Of a stretch of 61,701 nucleotides of DNA, positions 1-12,000 are shown piece by piece (position 1 is the stretch's first letter; every line of letters starts with the position of its first letter). The translations under genes were made by a program, and so were the position numbers. Source of the stretch: a virus (taxonomy: Duplodnaviria; Caudoviricetes). Under the pieces are notes generated by a model. It saw only the letters and a list, made by a program, of their open reading frames with translations, searched no databases and was not told where the DNA came from. The DNA is taken from positions 1-61,701 of IMG/VR virus record IMGVR_UViG_3300008120_000180. One strand, given 5' to 3'.

Positions 1-1091
1 GGAGTTATAACTGAAATAGCTATCTTCTTAAGAGAATCTGTTGTGCTATCATAGATGCATAAGAAATTATTTGATCTTATAACATCGGTTAGAGATGAGA
101 CATTATTTTTATTATAAATTGAATTTGGTGTAAGTGATACGATAGCATCAGAGTACATTTTTGCAGTATAACTTGCACCACCAGAACCACTAAAAGTTAT
201 TGTGGCTGCAGTACTTGTGTAACCATAGCCTTTATCTGTTATGGTTACTGATGTAACAGAAGTATTAGTAACTGTTGCAGTCGCTGTAGCTCTTCTACCA
301 ACAAACAACCAATTTCCGGAAATACCAGAAGAATGGAATGGAACCTGAGAAGAATCAGCTATTGCTTTTGTTGCCTTATAGAATCTATATTGAGCATCGC
401 CTGTAACTGGTACTCCACCAACAGTTGTCATTACTATTGTATTTTGTGCAAAACCAGTAGCACCAAATAAAGTTCCACTAGATCCAACAAATCCGGTAGC
501 ACCGACAACGAATGGAGGATTTGAAATTGTCACATCAGGAGTTGAACTATAACCCGAACCAGCATTTGCTTGAATCACACCTCCAACTCTATAGTTATCA
601 GTTCTAAGTGATACGCTGATATCTCCTTCATTATTATAAGGAGAAGATGCGATAATTGAATAATTTGTGGTAAAACATGTTGCGCCGGCAATAGTCACTG
701 TTGGTGCAGAAGTGTAACCTGTACCTGAATTGGCTAAAGTTATAGAAGAAACATAAACACCAGTAGATCCATATGATAATCTCGCAACACCAGTCGCTCC
801 TGTACCAGCACCACCAGTAAATATTAAACCATATTCACCAGGAGCCATATTATTAGAGACACCAGATGCACCTATTGTTAATTCTCCAATTGTTGTTGGG
901 GATGTAACATAATATGTACTTAATGCTTTATTTTTAAACGAAGCATCATATATAGCAAATTCTGCTGGTTGTGGGTCAGTTGTATCTAATGAAACTGAAG
1001 TGAAACTTTCGAATTGTGTAAATGCATCGTTTATTTTTGTTGCCCATTGTGCAAAGTTATCACTATTCTTAAGTCTTGGTAATGATGGCAT
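1..1091 (-). CDS. Tail fibre/baseplate-associated structural protein, 5' part (runs off the window)
   Basis: Not in the ORF track. Manual translation from ATG at 1091 gives MPSLPRLKNSDNFAQWATKINDAF..., a typical T4-like fibre N-terminus, followed by GxGYTSAPTVTI-type repeats. GGA RBS upstream. Confidence 0.75.
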   Translation of the reverse strand, partial: MPSLPRLKNSDNFAQWATKINDAFTQFESFTSVSLDTTDPQPAEFAIYDASFKNKALSTYYVTSPTTIGELTIGASGVSNNMAPGEYGLIFTGGAGTGATGVARLSYGSTGVYVSSITLANSGTGYTSAPTVTIAGATCFTTNYSIIASSPYNNEGDISVSLRTDNYRVGGVIQANAGSGYSSTPDVTISNPPFVVGATGFVGSSGTLFGATGFAQNTIVMTTVGGVPVTGDAQYRFYKATKAIADSSQVPFHSSGISGNWLFVGRRATATATVTNTSVTSVTITDKGYGYTSTAATITFSGSGGASYTAKMYSDAIVSLTPNSIYNKNNVSSLTDVIRSNNFLCIYDSTTDSLKKIAISVIT

Positions 1092-1101
1092 CTATTATCC
1101 C

Positions 1102-1341
1102 TTATTTTGAACAAAAAGATTTTAACATGCTCTTTATTTCATTTATCTCTTCTTTAATAGTATTTATATCGTCGATTGATTCCCTTAGAGATTCAATCTC
1201 AGAATATATCGCTTCTAATTCTTTTTTATTCTTTAGTTGTTTCTTCTTAAACTCTAATCTGGCTATTTCATCTGTAATTAAAATAGCCTTAGAAGAGAGA
1301 TCACGATTTAGATTATTTACTTCTGTTGGTATTATTTTCAT
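1102..1341 (-). CDS. Small coiled-coil hypothetical protein
   Basis: 79 aa, heptad-rich, tightly packed in the operon after the VrlC-like gene. Confidence 0.7.
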   Translation of the reverse strand: MKIIPTEVNNLNRDLSSKAILITDEIARLEFKKKQLKNKKELEAIYSEIESLRESIDDINTIKEEINEIKSMLKSFCSK

Positions 1342-1342
1342 A

Positions 1343-4300
1343 TTAGATAACTGTGTCTAAAGCGATTGCTCTGAAATCGGCAATTCTAGGAATAATTGTT
1401 GGATCTGTTGATAAGAAAACTATCTTAATTGCAAATTCATCAAACGATGAATATGTAACACCATTACGAACATAAGAAATAGTTTGTGGATTAGTTGTAG
1501 AATCTGGTCTGAAAATAAATTCTTTGAAGTCATTAATATTAGTAGAATTTAAATTATCTCCAGGATATTCTTTTTGCATTTCAATCCAGGATCTATTTGA
1601 AAATAGATCAGAATCTTCTGTAGCCTTCACCTTATAATACACTTTAATATCGGTTCCAGATTGTTTAACTGCAGTCAAATATACCTTTAAATAATCTGCG
1701 GGATTCTGTAGAGTTACTCTTCTTGTAATATACTTAGAAGCAGCAGCTCCTCCGGATGGGAAAGTTTCTGAATTAGAATAAACTGTCGCATTATTTGACA
1801 CTGAAGTTGCACCTGTTCCTAATTGACCTCTAACAACCGTCACACCAGTCGCACCAGTCACACCACCTGCAGCAGTAACCAAGATATACTCAGAACCGAT
1901 CTTAATGTAATTTCCATTTAATGCATATTGTGAAGAAGCTAGATTAATAATAGTTGCATTATGACCAGTTGCTCCTGATACAGTAGTAGTTCTTTCATAT
2001 AAGTTATTAATATCATTTTCAATTGCTAGATAATTATTCTTCTCCATATCAATTATCGGAGAAACTGAATTATTAGTTACAGTTCCAATAACTCTATGTT
2101 TGAAGGATTCTGCGTTAGCTATTATTTCTCTTCTACCAGAGAAATTATAATTCTTATTAGTGAGAAAAGTCGTATAAGAAGATTCTAATGACGACCCGCT
2201 TGGTTTAGAAACGAATGAACTTGATGTTGTTGCAGTTGGAAACTCCATTGTAGATAATCCAACCCAAATAACATCAGAAAATCCATCACCAGCAGATTTA
2301 CCAGTGAATGTTATATTGCCAGTTACAGTCGCAGAATTTGCCGCCGAAAGAGTTATAATAAATCCATCAATTCGAGTAACTTCAGCACCAGCAGCTATTC
2401 CTGTTCCAGATACAGATTGTCCAATCGCAATATCTTCACTATTATTTACTGTTATTGTAAATCCACCATTAACTCCGGTTGCGGTTTTAACTCTTGTTGT
2501 TGGGGTTGCAACAATATAATCGCTCAAAACTGCAGTATATGTACCAACATCAAAAGAACATCTCTTGAGCGTAAACATCAAATCTTGAGTTTGTTCGGCT
2601 GTCCAAGTTGATGAATTTTGAGACTTGAATAGAGAACCAACATATGCTTGTTGTGAAATTTTAACATCAGTTCCAATTTTATTTTTACCTATTTCTGCAA
2701 TCCACACATTATAATCAGTTGAATTAGCTAGAATTACTAGAGAATATTCTCCAGGTTCAAGATAAACTATTGCCGGAAATTGGAAATTAGTTGCAGTTGT
2801 AGCATTTGCAGATACATTTACCGAAGATGGCGGTAAACTTTTCTCAGCAAAAGGCATAACTGCAGTCGCAGATGGATAACCATTTACAGTTGGTCTAATT
2901 TGTACTGTAACTGGTACAGAAGCATCTTTTGTTTGGAAGAAGATATCTACTGAATCAATAAACAATCCATTAGGAAAAATAGTTGGGTCAACGAAGAAAG
3001 TTTGAGCCAATGGATCCTGAGGAACAGGAACTTGTGGTTCAGGTGTTCTTATGTTGATCGTTTCAGTTTGTTTATGTATTAGGATACCATTTGCTGTATA
3101 TCTTGCTTGTGCGAAAGTTGTTTCTAAAGCCTTATCATTATTTGCATTATCTGATAATCTTAAGATTCTATCGCCAACTAAAAACATATTTTGAGGAATT
3201 GTAAATGTTCCTGAAATACTTCCAGCAGAATTAGTAACATTAGAACCCGTAAATGTTATCGTACCGTTTACTGTTCCAGAATTATTGACAGATAGTGTTA
3301 CTGTTCTTCCATTAACAGAAGTAACCTTTGCGTTGCTTCCAATTCCTGCTCCAGATACAGATTGACCAACGATAATTACATCATTTGTATTATCATTTAC
3401 TGTTATAGTATTTGATCCTGATGTTCCAGCACCTGTTTTAGTTATGACATAATTCACATATCTAGAAATTAAGATATCATCAAAGAAAGGATAAACAGTA
3501 GTATTGGGTTTTAATCCCTTTGCTGCAAAAGTAATTGTTTGTGGTCTCATCCAAGGAGTAGATGTAACATCTACAACTCTTTCTCCTAATGAGACAGTAT
3601 TAACTGTGGTTCTTACTGGTTGTTGATTCTGTACTCTTCTACCGGAATTATCTCCTCTTAGAGAGGGCGGAACTACAGGAGGATTCGTTCTTTGACCAAT
3701 TTGTGCATCAGCAACTGCACCTGTTCTCCAATTTCTCCATTGCGGAGTTCTTACACCGTTAACAATGTTTTCTTCATATCTCCAATCAGAGATATCAAAC
3801 ATTGCATTTCTTGGATCAGTATTAACAGTTGCTGCTGGTAAACCATTAGGATTCCATAAAGAAGTACCAAACCCAGGATTCATTCTTAAGAATCTGGTTT
3901 CTTCATCTTCTTCAGGCGCACCATTAAATTCTTCTTGCCAATTATTCCATCTCGAACCACTAAAATCATTACCAATTGCAATATTATCTCTATTTCCGTT
4001 AATGTTGATTATATTTTCTGGTCTGAATCTTTCATCTTTCCAAAAGTCGATTGAAGGATCAATCGACATTGTTCCTCTCCAAGAGAATACTGAGTAAGGA
4101 TTAACATTCACTGATTGTGAAGCGAATGGTTGAGTTATATAATTCGTTGGCGTAAATGTTCTGGAAAGAAGTGGACCTCTTTGAACATATCCAGAAGATT
4201 CTGTAGTTTTTAAGAATAAGTTGTAATTTTTGGTATAGAATCTTGGTCTCGCTTCTTGATTCTTTTCGTCTATAGCGCAACGATAATCTGAACTTGTAAC

Positions 4301-7192
4301 ATCACCGATACCGTGACCTGTAAAGGTATCTACGATAAATCCGTTTTTATATCTATCGTTACCATTAGCATCAGTTACATCTAAAGTTGCAGTTTCTCTC
4401 TCAAGCATATTCAAAAGAGAATAATATTCGATATTTTCAATTCTCTTTTCAATTCTACCGATATCTCTCATTGTATATCTCTTATTTTCCACATAATTTA
4501 GAACAATATCTTTATTATTATAAGTATATGGATTATAATAGATAGTATATAGAGTCATCCCATTATCTAAATCGTCAGGAGCCTTTGGAGATAAATCAGC
4601 ATTACCCTTTAATACTTTAAATTCTCTTTCTGTAGTTGCGACGATCTTATCAATTCTTGGTTTCCAATATGTAATATCTGCGTTCATATTAGTACCAGAA
4701 ATAGGTAATTTTGTTGTTTCGTATGGACCAGAACCGGGATCAGATCCTGTCAGTTGTCTAACTGGTCTAAAATCAACGCAATTCTTTAGATCATAGAATT
4801 TTCCGGTCGAGGAATAAAAGACTGGAATTTGATCGTATGAAGGATAAGAATCTACGTTAAAGTAACCAGAACCTGTATGCGTAAAATATTCAAAGAAGAT
4901 AACAATTGGACCTGTAACAACTTGTCCAGATTTTAGAACAACATTCGCATATTCATAAGTAAAATCTCTTTGTCCATTATCAAAACCGAATTTACTCGTA
5001 ACATCTTTTGTTGGATCGAACCAGTCAGCTTGACTCGTTGAATTTAAAATTCTATGTATTCTGATACCATCTGGAACTGTCAAAGATATTGGTACTTCGG
5101 ATGCCCCAACGCTAGTTGCAGAATATACTCTACCAACAGCAAGTTCTGAATACGAATTATATGTATAAGATGTTGTTGGTGGAGCTATTTCGTAATAAGA
5201 TGATGCGTCTGGTATTGCTGAAAAAGTTCCATCAATTGTTGCTATTTGTGTTGTAGAATCGTATGATGAAATCCTAAATCCTGTAGCACCAGTCATTTCA
5301 CCAGTACCAGAAATAATCTTAATTAAAGCATTCTGGTAGTAATTTGTTGTTGTATTATCTGCTGTTGAAGCTAGTTTAATTGTAGTCGAAGAATTTCCTA
5401 TCGATCCGGCATAACCAGCATTAGTCTTTGGTGTTATTTTATTTTTAATTCTAGGTTCAGTTGTATTTGCATTTACAGTGTAAATAACCGAAATATTAGT
5501 TGGTCCTGTTGCTCCTAATGTAATAGTTCCTGTTCTATTAACATTTGTTATGCCTAATGTATATCCACTTGAAGGGATTCTCTCGCCGCTCAAAGTATCA
5601 ACAACTAAGTAATGAGTATCAAGAGTTGCTGTATCTGTTCCTGATTGTAAAGTTTCAGTAGTTCCAACAGTCCACGAAAACGATGTAGTAGACGCTGCAC
5701 TGGTTACTGCTTTATATTGATAATCAGTATCTGTTAAAGCAATAAATGTTCCAGGACTTAACGGATCTTCAGTTCTAAAAGTTCTTACACTTTGTAAGCC
5801 AGTTTCAAAGATATAACTTGATAAATCTGTGCCATATAGAACACCAGTTGATCCAGATGTTGGAGCAACTAAATCAAATTTCTTAGTTGTACCATCTGAG
5901 GATCTTAAAGATCTAACATCAGAAAAACCTGCTCCCCCGCCCAAAAAGATTGCGAATAGATAGAATCTATATTGTACAGATGCACCAGAACCACTATCAT
6001 ATTGAATCGATGATACTCTACAAGTACCAATTTGATTTCCAGCTGCATTATATAGATAAAGAGTTTCTAATGTAGAAATATCCGGATACCCTTCGTCGAC
6101 AGTTACTTTAACATAATTACCATAATTCATTCCAATATCAAAACCATTGTATGTTTCGTCATCAAAAATTGATCTTGGTTTATCTAGATCAACATATTGT
6201 CTTGCGATTGTCTCGAACTCATATCCTTTAACATATCCCTTTCCAGACTCAATATAAGCACGCAACTTATTATTATCTGTTGGGTGATTCTGAACATCTA
6301 ACAAGAATGGTTTAACTGTATAATCACCTGATTCATCATAAGTTCTTCTTGCCAAGGTCTTTTCGATTTCAGAATAGATTGGTCTTGTGACTTGCTTATA
6401 TAAAGCACCTTCTCTAACTTCCAAGATTTCAATAAACTTGTCTGCATCTGTAGTAAAATTTAAATCTTTTGATGCGAGAGTTAGATTAACTTTTAATCTG
6501 TGCGCCCCAGGTGCTGCGTAGTTATATGAACCTGTTGCATTATCTAATAAAGTTGTGTCATCGCCTTCATCGATAATTGCTATTTCTGATAGCAAACCAG
6601 CTTTCTTATTTGGTGTATTTGAATATTTTTCTAAATAAGCTGTTTGTTCATTACAAATTACAAAGAATCCTTTTGTATAGAAGATACCATCAGAAATTGA
6701 AACAGTAGAAGATGGTCCAGTGATAGTTCCTGAAGCAATAGATTTACAATTTCCACCGCCAGCTGCAGAAATTGTTTCATCGTTTACATTGAATGTACCT
6801 TCAATTGGTTCGATTATAAGTGTCTTTGGATCTGATTCTTCACGCTCAGCAACCGCAACAACCACACCCTTCGCACCACTCGTTCCTCCAGTTATCACTT
6901 TATTCAAGAAAGATTCAACGTCAACTTCGTTAGAAGAAAATGTATCTTGTATTTTAACATATTTTCTAGTTTTCACATTGATCGTCGTCATACCGCCAAC
7001 TACAATCGATCCTTCTTTGAAAATATGATTCCCGAATCTTTCTACTTGAGTTTGTAGGATAGATTGTAACTGATTTAATTCTCTTGCTTGTACAGCATAT
7101 CCTGGGCGAAAAAGAATTCGTAGATAATCTTTTGTTTCTGGCGAAAAATCGTCCCAGTATGGAGAAGCATTTAATTCTGAAATTGCTGGCAT
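1343..7192 (-). CDS. Large virion structural protein, VrlC/DUF4815-like
   Basis: N-terminal PYWDDF...LFRPGYAVQARELNQLQSILQ, plus LARRTYDESGDY, DPLAQTF and GSLFKSQN motifs of the T4-like cyanophage VrlC-type protein. Confidence 0.85.
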   Translation of the reverse strand: MPAISELNASPYWDDFSPETKDYLRILFRPGYAVQARELNQLQSILQTQVERFGNHIFKEGSIVVGGMTTINVKTRKYVKIQDTFSSNEVDVESFLNKVITGGTSGAKGVVVAVAEREESDPKTLIIEPIEGTFNVNDETISAAGGGNCKSIASGTITGPSSTVSISDGIFYTKGFFVICNEQTAYLEKYSNTPNKKAGLLSEIAIIDEGDDTTLLDNATGSYNYAAPGAHRLKVNLTLASKDLNFTTDADKFIEILEVREGALYKQVTRPIYSEIEKTLARRTYDESGDYTVKPFLLDVQNHPTDNNKLRAYIESGKGYVKGYEFETIARQYVDLDKPRSIFDDETYNGFDIGMNYGNYVKVTVDEGYPDISTLETLYLYNAAGNQIGTCRVSSIQYDSGSGASVQYRFYLFAIFLGGGAGFSDVRSLRSSDGTTKKFDLVAPTSGSTGVLYGTDLSSYIFETGLQSVRTFRTEDPLSPGTFIALTDTDYQYKAVTSAASTTSFSWTVGTTETLQSGTDTATLDTHYLVVDTLSGERIPSSGYTLGITNVNRTGTITLGATGPTNISVIYTVNANTTEPRIKNKITPKTNAGYAGSIGNSSTTIKLASTADNTTTNYYQNALIKIISGTGEMTGATGFRISSYDSTTQIATIDGTFSAIPDASSYYEIAPPTTSYTYNSYSELAVGRVYSATSVGASEVPISLTVPDGIRIHRILNSTSQADWFDPTKDVTSKFGFDNGQRDFTYEYANVVLKSGQVVTGPIVIFFEYFTHTGSGYFNVDSYPSYDQIPVFYSSTGKFYDLKNCVDFRPVRQLTGSDPGSGPYETTKLPISGTNMNADITYWKPRIDKIVATTEREFKVLKGNADLSPKAPDDLDNGMTLYTIYYNPYTYNNKDIVLNYVENKRYTMRDIGRIEKRIENIEYYSLLNMLERETATLDVTDANGNDRYKNGFIVDTFTGHGIGDVTSSDYRCAIDEKNQEARPRFYTKNYNLFLKTTESSGYVQRGPLLSRTFTPTNYITQPFASQSVNVNPYSVFSWRGTMSIDPSIDFWKDERFRPENIININGNRDNIAIGNDFSGSRWNNWQEEFNGAPEEDEETRFLRMNPGFGTSLWNPNGLPAATVNTDPRNAMFDISDWRYEENIVNGVRTPQWRNWRTGAVADAQIGQRTNPPVVPPSLRGDNSGRRVQNQQPVRTTVNTVSLGERVVDVTSTPWMRPQTITFAAKGLKPNTTVYPFFDDILISRYVNYVITKTGAGTSGSNTITVNDNTNDVIIVGQSVSGAGIGSNAKVTSVNGRTVTLSVNNSGTVNGTITFTGSNVTNSAGSISGTFTIPQNMFLVGDRILRLSDNANNDKALETTFAQARYTANGILIHKQTETINIRTPEPQVPVPQDPLAQTFFVDPTIFPNGLFIDSVDIFFQTKDASVPVTVQIRPTVNGYPSATAVMPFAEKSLPPSSVNVSANATTATNFQFPAIVYLEPGEYSLVILANSTDYNVWIAEIGKNKIGTDVKISQQAYVGSLFKSQNSSTWTAEQTQDLMFTLKRCSFDVGTYTAVLSDYIVATPTTRVKTATGVNGGFTITVNNSEDIAIGQSVSGTGIAAGAEVTRIDGFIITLSAANSATVTGNITFTGKSAGDGFSDVIWVGLSTMEFPTATTSSSFVSKPSGSSLESSYTTFLTNKNYNFSGRREIIANAESFKHRVIGTVTNNSVSPIIDMEKNNYLAIENDINNLYERTTTVSGATGHNATIINLASSQYALNGNYIKIGSEYILVTAAGGVTGATGVTVVRGQLGTGATSVSNNATVYSNSETFPSGGAAASKYITRRVTLQNPADYLKVYLTAVKQSGTDIKVYYKVKATEDSDLFSNRSWIEMQKEYPGDNLNSTNINDFKEFIFRPDSTTNPQTISYVRNGVTYSSFDEFAIKIVFLSTDPTIIPRIADFRAIALDTVI

Positions 7193-7202
7193 TTAATCCT
7201 CT

Positions 7203-9035
7203 TTAGAATTGGATAATTACTCTAATATCTTCGATTTGTTCAGTATATCTTGAAAGTGGTGTTCTATTTTCCATATAGATTACAGAACCTGTATTTTTTG
7301 CAATTAATGGGCCAGTAGCTCCTGTTGGAGTAAAAGATGGACCACCTGTTACTTGTACTCCAGTAGATCCTGTAAAATATGGGAATGTTGCTGCCCCTGT
7401 AGTCTTACCTAAATTAGTCACATAAACTTTCTTATTAACAGTATCGTGTTGCACAACATTACCAATGGCAGTTTCGGCCGAAACTGATCCTTCATATATA
7501 ACAGAGTCTGGAGTAATAGTTGAACCAATAGTATTGTAACTAATAACTAGACATTGATTTATGACGCTGTCAGTAGCCAAAAAACCATAATAAGAAGTAG
7601 CATCTGGTAGAATATCAAATGCTTCAGTAACAGTTGCTATTTTAGTTGAATTATCAAAAGTGCTTATTGTTCTTAATTGACCTTTACCATTACCAGAATA
7701 AATGATTATCTTTTTTCCTGCAGTTACATTTGATGATGTATCTGCAGTATTCAATTTAATCTGAGATGTTGACATTCCTGATCTTGCTTGCGCTTGTTTA
7801 ATTGATCCTTGAACTAGAGGATTAACAATAATCCCTATCTTTCTGTATTCATTCGATGAAACTATTGCACCACCTTCGTCTCCTTCAAACTTAACTTTAG
7901 AAAGAAGATTGAACCCACCCAATTCAACAACTGGATCTGATCCATGTCCACCATTAGGAGAAATAATTACTCTAGCAGTCGCACCGGAACCAGCTGGTGC
8001 TGAAATAGTTGCAGTACATTCAGTATATCCGCTTCCTGGATTTACAATTTGAATTTTATTAATTGCATTAGATACAACTCTACAAACTGCAGATAATCCT
8101 GTTCCGTCTCCAGAAAAAGTTATTTTTGGTGAAATATATCCTTCATATCCTGCGGCAGCATTTGTTATACCAGGAGAAGCAAGTGTTACACCACCAGCAC
8201 CATCGTAAGCTGTAATTTCTGCTACTTCAGTTATAACACCTGAAATATTTTTGGTATAAAAGAAAGAACCATTATAGAAACTTGACGTTGCGCTTGGCGA
8301 ACCACTTGTTATTGTAATTTGAGTATTCGATGTTTTTGTAAATGTCACACCATCTTGTGCATCGGTAGTATCGCCTGTCGATGGCAATAACCTATTATAG
8401 CCAGATCCTGAGGATGTTACTTTTACATTATAAACTCCACCAGAAACGGAATTAGTAATAATATCCCAGTTATCTGTGGAATCATCTTCTGCTATTGTTC
8501 TAATTGGAAACCAATCAGTTGTTAAGAATTCTGAAGCATCTAGTGGCTTCAAGGTGTACATATATTTCCAAATATATCCATCAGATAAAGGTTGATATAA
8601 ATCTCCACCTGTAAATGCCGTTGTTGTTGGTTCTACTGTGCTTAGAGCATTTCCGCCATTAGAAATACACTTATACACTTTATAAGTGTCAGTTATAACG
8701 TAAAAAGGATAATATTCATTCGTTGAGATTGTTCTCTTAGTCAACAAATCAGATAAGTCTGATTGATTGTCGTACTCTTGATATCTTCTATTTTCTTGCC
8801 AACGATGCAAACGAATTACATTTACACAATTTGAAATCGATAATTTCTTAAGATATATCATTTCGTCGAATGCATCAGATTCTAATGTGAACGTGTCGAA
8901 CACAGAATCTGGAATCAAATCGTTTGTCCAACCACTAGGTTTAGACACAAAGAAATAGACTGATTCGTCTTCGACTGTGTTTTTGAAATTATTTAGATTT
9001 TTGTGTCTTAGAGAAGAACTTAAAACTGTTGGCAT
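7203..9035 (-). CDS. gp8: Baseplate wedge subunit gp8
   Basis: FYVITDTYKVYKCISN, DGYIWKYMY and GHGSDPVVELG motifs; C-terminal YMENRTPLSR...EDIRVIIQF. Confidence 0.88.
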   Translation of the reverse strand: MPTVLSSSLRHKNLNNFKNTVEDESVYFFVSKPSGWTNDLIPDSVFDTFTLESDAFDEMIYLKKLSISNCVNVIRLHRWQENRRYQEYDNQSDLSDLLTKRTISTNEYYPFYVITDTYKVYKCISNGGNALSTVEPTTTAFTGGDLYQPLSDGYIWKYMYTLKPLDASEFLTTDWFPIRTIAEDDSTDNWDIITNSVSGGVYNVKVTSSGSGYNRLLPSTGDTTDAQDGVTFTKTSNTQITITSGSPSATSSFYNGSFFYTKNISGVITEVAEITAYDGAGGVTLASPGITNAAAGYEGYISPKITFSGDGTGLSAVCRVVSNAINKIQIVNPGSGYTECTATISAPAGSGATARVIISPNGGHGSDPVVELGGFNLLSKVKFEGDEGGAIVSSNEYRKIGIIVNPLVQGSIKQAQARSGMSTSQIKLNTADTSSNVTAGKKIIIYSGNGKGQLRTISTFDNSTKIATVTEAFDILPDATSYYGFLATDSVINQCLVISYNTIGSTITPDSVIYEGSVSAETAIGNVVQHDTVNKKVYVTNLGKTTGAATFPYFTGSTGVQVTGGPSFTPTGATGPLIAKNTGSVIYMENRTPLSRYTEQIEDIRVIIQF

Positions 9036-9056
9036 TTATCTTATCCTTAATTCTAT

Positions 9057-12000
9057 TTATATTGGATATACTTTAATTATTGATTCAACAGGAACATTCG
9101 TCGATTTCCAACCAGAATACATTTCTCCTGTAACATATATTCCAGTTGCACCTGTAATCTGTAAAGTAGAAGAATCTCTTACTCTTGTTAAATTATTTGT
9201 TGAATTTAATTCATCAGATTCTTCATCTTTTTCCACATATAATACATTATTTATATAATCACATTTAATTACTCTTAATTTATTAGTAATTGATGGATTT
9301 ATAATTGAAACTTGATTAATTGTTTCGCCATATTCAAAATCTGGATAAGGTCTTTTACTGGTGAAAGTTATAGTACCAGAGACACTACCAGTCGTATATT
9401 GACTTAATTTAATTTTCTTTGTAATACTTAAACCTGTATCCACAACTGCTATATCTGTTACAATAGTTCCAGTTGCGATTCCAGTTCCAGAAACAATCGT
9501 ACCAGTTCTAATATTTGAAGTATCGAAACCAGAATCTATTGTTATAAATTCAGATCCAGCTACAGCACTACCAGTTGTTGTTTTTGTTGTTCCAGATAAC
9601 ACAAACACATAATGACCGTAAGTAGAATAATTGTAATTTAATCCAACCCCAACTCCATTAATAGTTTTCATAATTGGATATAGAGATACACCAGTTCCAG
9701 TTGCAGAATTTACAGTAACTCTTGGTTCATAGATATATCCTGAACCTGAAGATGTTACATTTATTGATGTAATTTTTCCATTTCCATCAACCGATCCAAT
9801 ACTTGCGACTGCTCCTGAACCATAACCACCTACGATTGAAATTGTGTCTGAGATTTGATATCCTTGACCGCCTGAAGAGATAACGATACTAACCACAGAA
9901 CCAGAAAAATGATCATCGTTATAGATTGTACCATTAGGTCCAGTTGCTCCAGTTGGGATACGATATAAATCAGGATATATGTAATATGTAGATTCATTAG
10001 CAACTCCAGTTGCTCCGTCTGCAATTATGGTTCCTGGGTTTCCCTCGCAACTTATTGTATTATCTATCTCATTATATTCAAGAATATTAAGAACTGAGTT
10101 TACACCACCACCACTTGTAATGATAATATTGTAATAAGGATAAGAATTATTCTCAAGATATAATTTATGAATACCTGTGCTACCAGCAGTAATTGATATA
10201 TTGCTTGGTGTTAATGCACCAGTTGCACCAGCTCCAGAATTATCGTAATTTGTTGCTAATTTAACTGAAGTCGGACTTGTAACAGTTACCCAATATTTTG
10301 TTCCAGAAGTCAATCCACTAACATCTGCATTCCCATTATTATAATAAACAACTTTATCACCAGTAGATAATCCATGATAATATCCTGTTGCACCGGGATA
10401 TCCTAAACCTGTTGCGCCAGAGAAAAGACTAATCGTGTTACTTGAGATCTGATTTGTTGGATCGAATGAGAATTCTTTCTTGACGATTGCATTAAGTTCA
10501 TAAGCTGGATCGTAAGGAGATAAACCAAATATTCCAGTTCCACCTGTTGCGCCGGAGACAGAAGAAAGAATATAATTTTGTATTAATCTATAAGAAAGCG
10601 ATGTTGGACTTGTTCCCTTATCAATATTATGAGATAATGTGAATACTTTTGTAGTACCGTTATAATTTGTAATTCTTCTTACATATTTCGTATTATCTAA
10701 TGTACCACCATTTACTGTGATAATCATTGAATAATTAGTGTATTCATCATCTTCAGAAGATAGTCCTACGTTAGCTGCACCACCACTAGCATCTATTGTG
10801 CTTGTAACACCATTTCCAGGAGAAGTTATAGTTCCAATAAAATCTTGGAAATAATCAGGAATTCCGGAATTTACATTTCTTACAATATCATTTACTGTCG
10901 GGCCAAGCATTGCTTTGCCAGGATCTAGTTGCGATACAACAGGAATTGTAGTTACAAAATCGTGATCTATTGTGTGATGTTGTAGATTTAAAGTTCCATT
11001 AGTCTGTGTTCCAAAATTATGAACTGGCCCTGATACACCACTTGTTGCAGTGCTTGAATTGATAACTTTATACCAATTGCTATTGTGATAAATTATTTCG
11101 TTTGGTTCATAACCTGTAGAACCAACCCAGAATCTAAAACCTGGTTCATAATATTCTAAAATAACCTTACCATTAGTTGCTGTTCCAGAAGTGTGTGTTG
11201 GAGCAGTTTGACCAAAGATTCCAGAAATATTTGCATTAGTTGTTCCGGTGATCTTATAGAAGTTTGTATTATGATATAATATATCACCAACATAACCTTT
11301 GAATGGATTAAAATATTTTAGAATACAAGTTCCATTTGTTGCTGAACCGATTTCGTGAACTGGTGGATTTTTTCCTGTGGTTCCTGCAGTTGTTACGATA
11401 TAATAATTATCCAACCATTGTATTAAATCATTAACAGCAGATGGTCCACCAGTGGCACCACTCCAAGTTGTTGGAGTAGAAGGAAGACCTGCGAACCACT
11501 TATAAGCTCTTATAGAATCTTTCACATAATTATTTCTTCTGATCGTTATTGTTGTGTAAGTCTTGGCATATTCATTGTAGTCTGTATCGAATGGAGTTTC
11601 TTCTCTCTTATAGATTCTTACAATAGATCCTACAGGTAGAGGAGAATAAAACTCAACAGTGTTCGCATCGGCCATGAAGTAGTCAACATTAAACTCTTTC
11701 AGTTCACCATTAACATATACAGATAATAATTTTTCAGCGACACCAGAGAATATAAGTTTCGCAGTTCCATTTGTTTGTTCGCCAGAAATAGCAGCTGGCG
11801 GTGTTGCGCCAAACGTGCCCGATTCTGATACAATATAAACATAATCGTTACCTGAAATTCTTACGAAAATCTTAGTTGGATTTTCTGTAGTTCCAACGCT
11901 TACACTATCTCCAGCTTGCCATTCAGTTCCATTATCTAATAAATCTGTAATATCAAAAGAATTATCTGGCGATCCTTCAACAAAATAAGTGTATTGATAA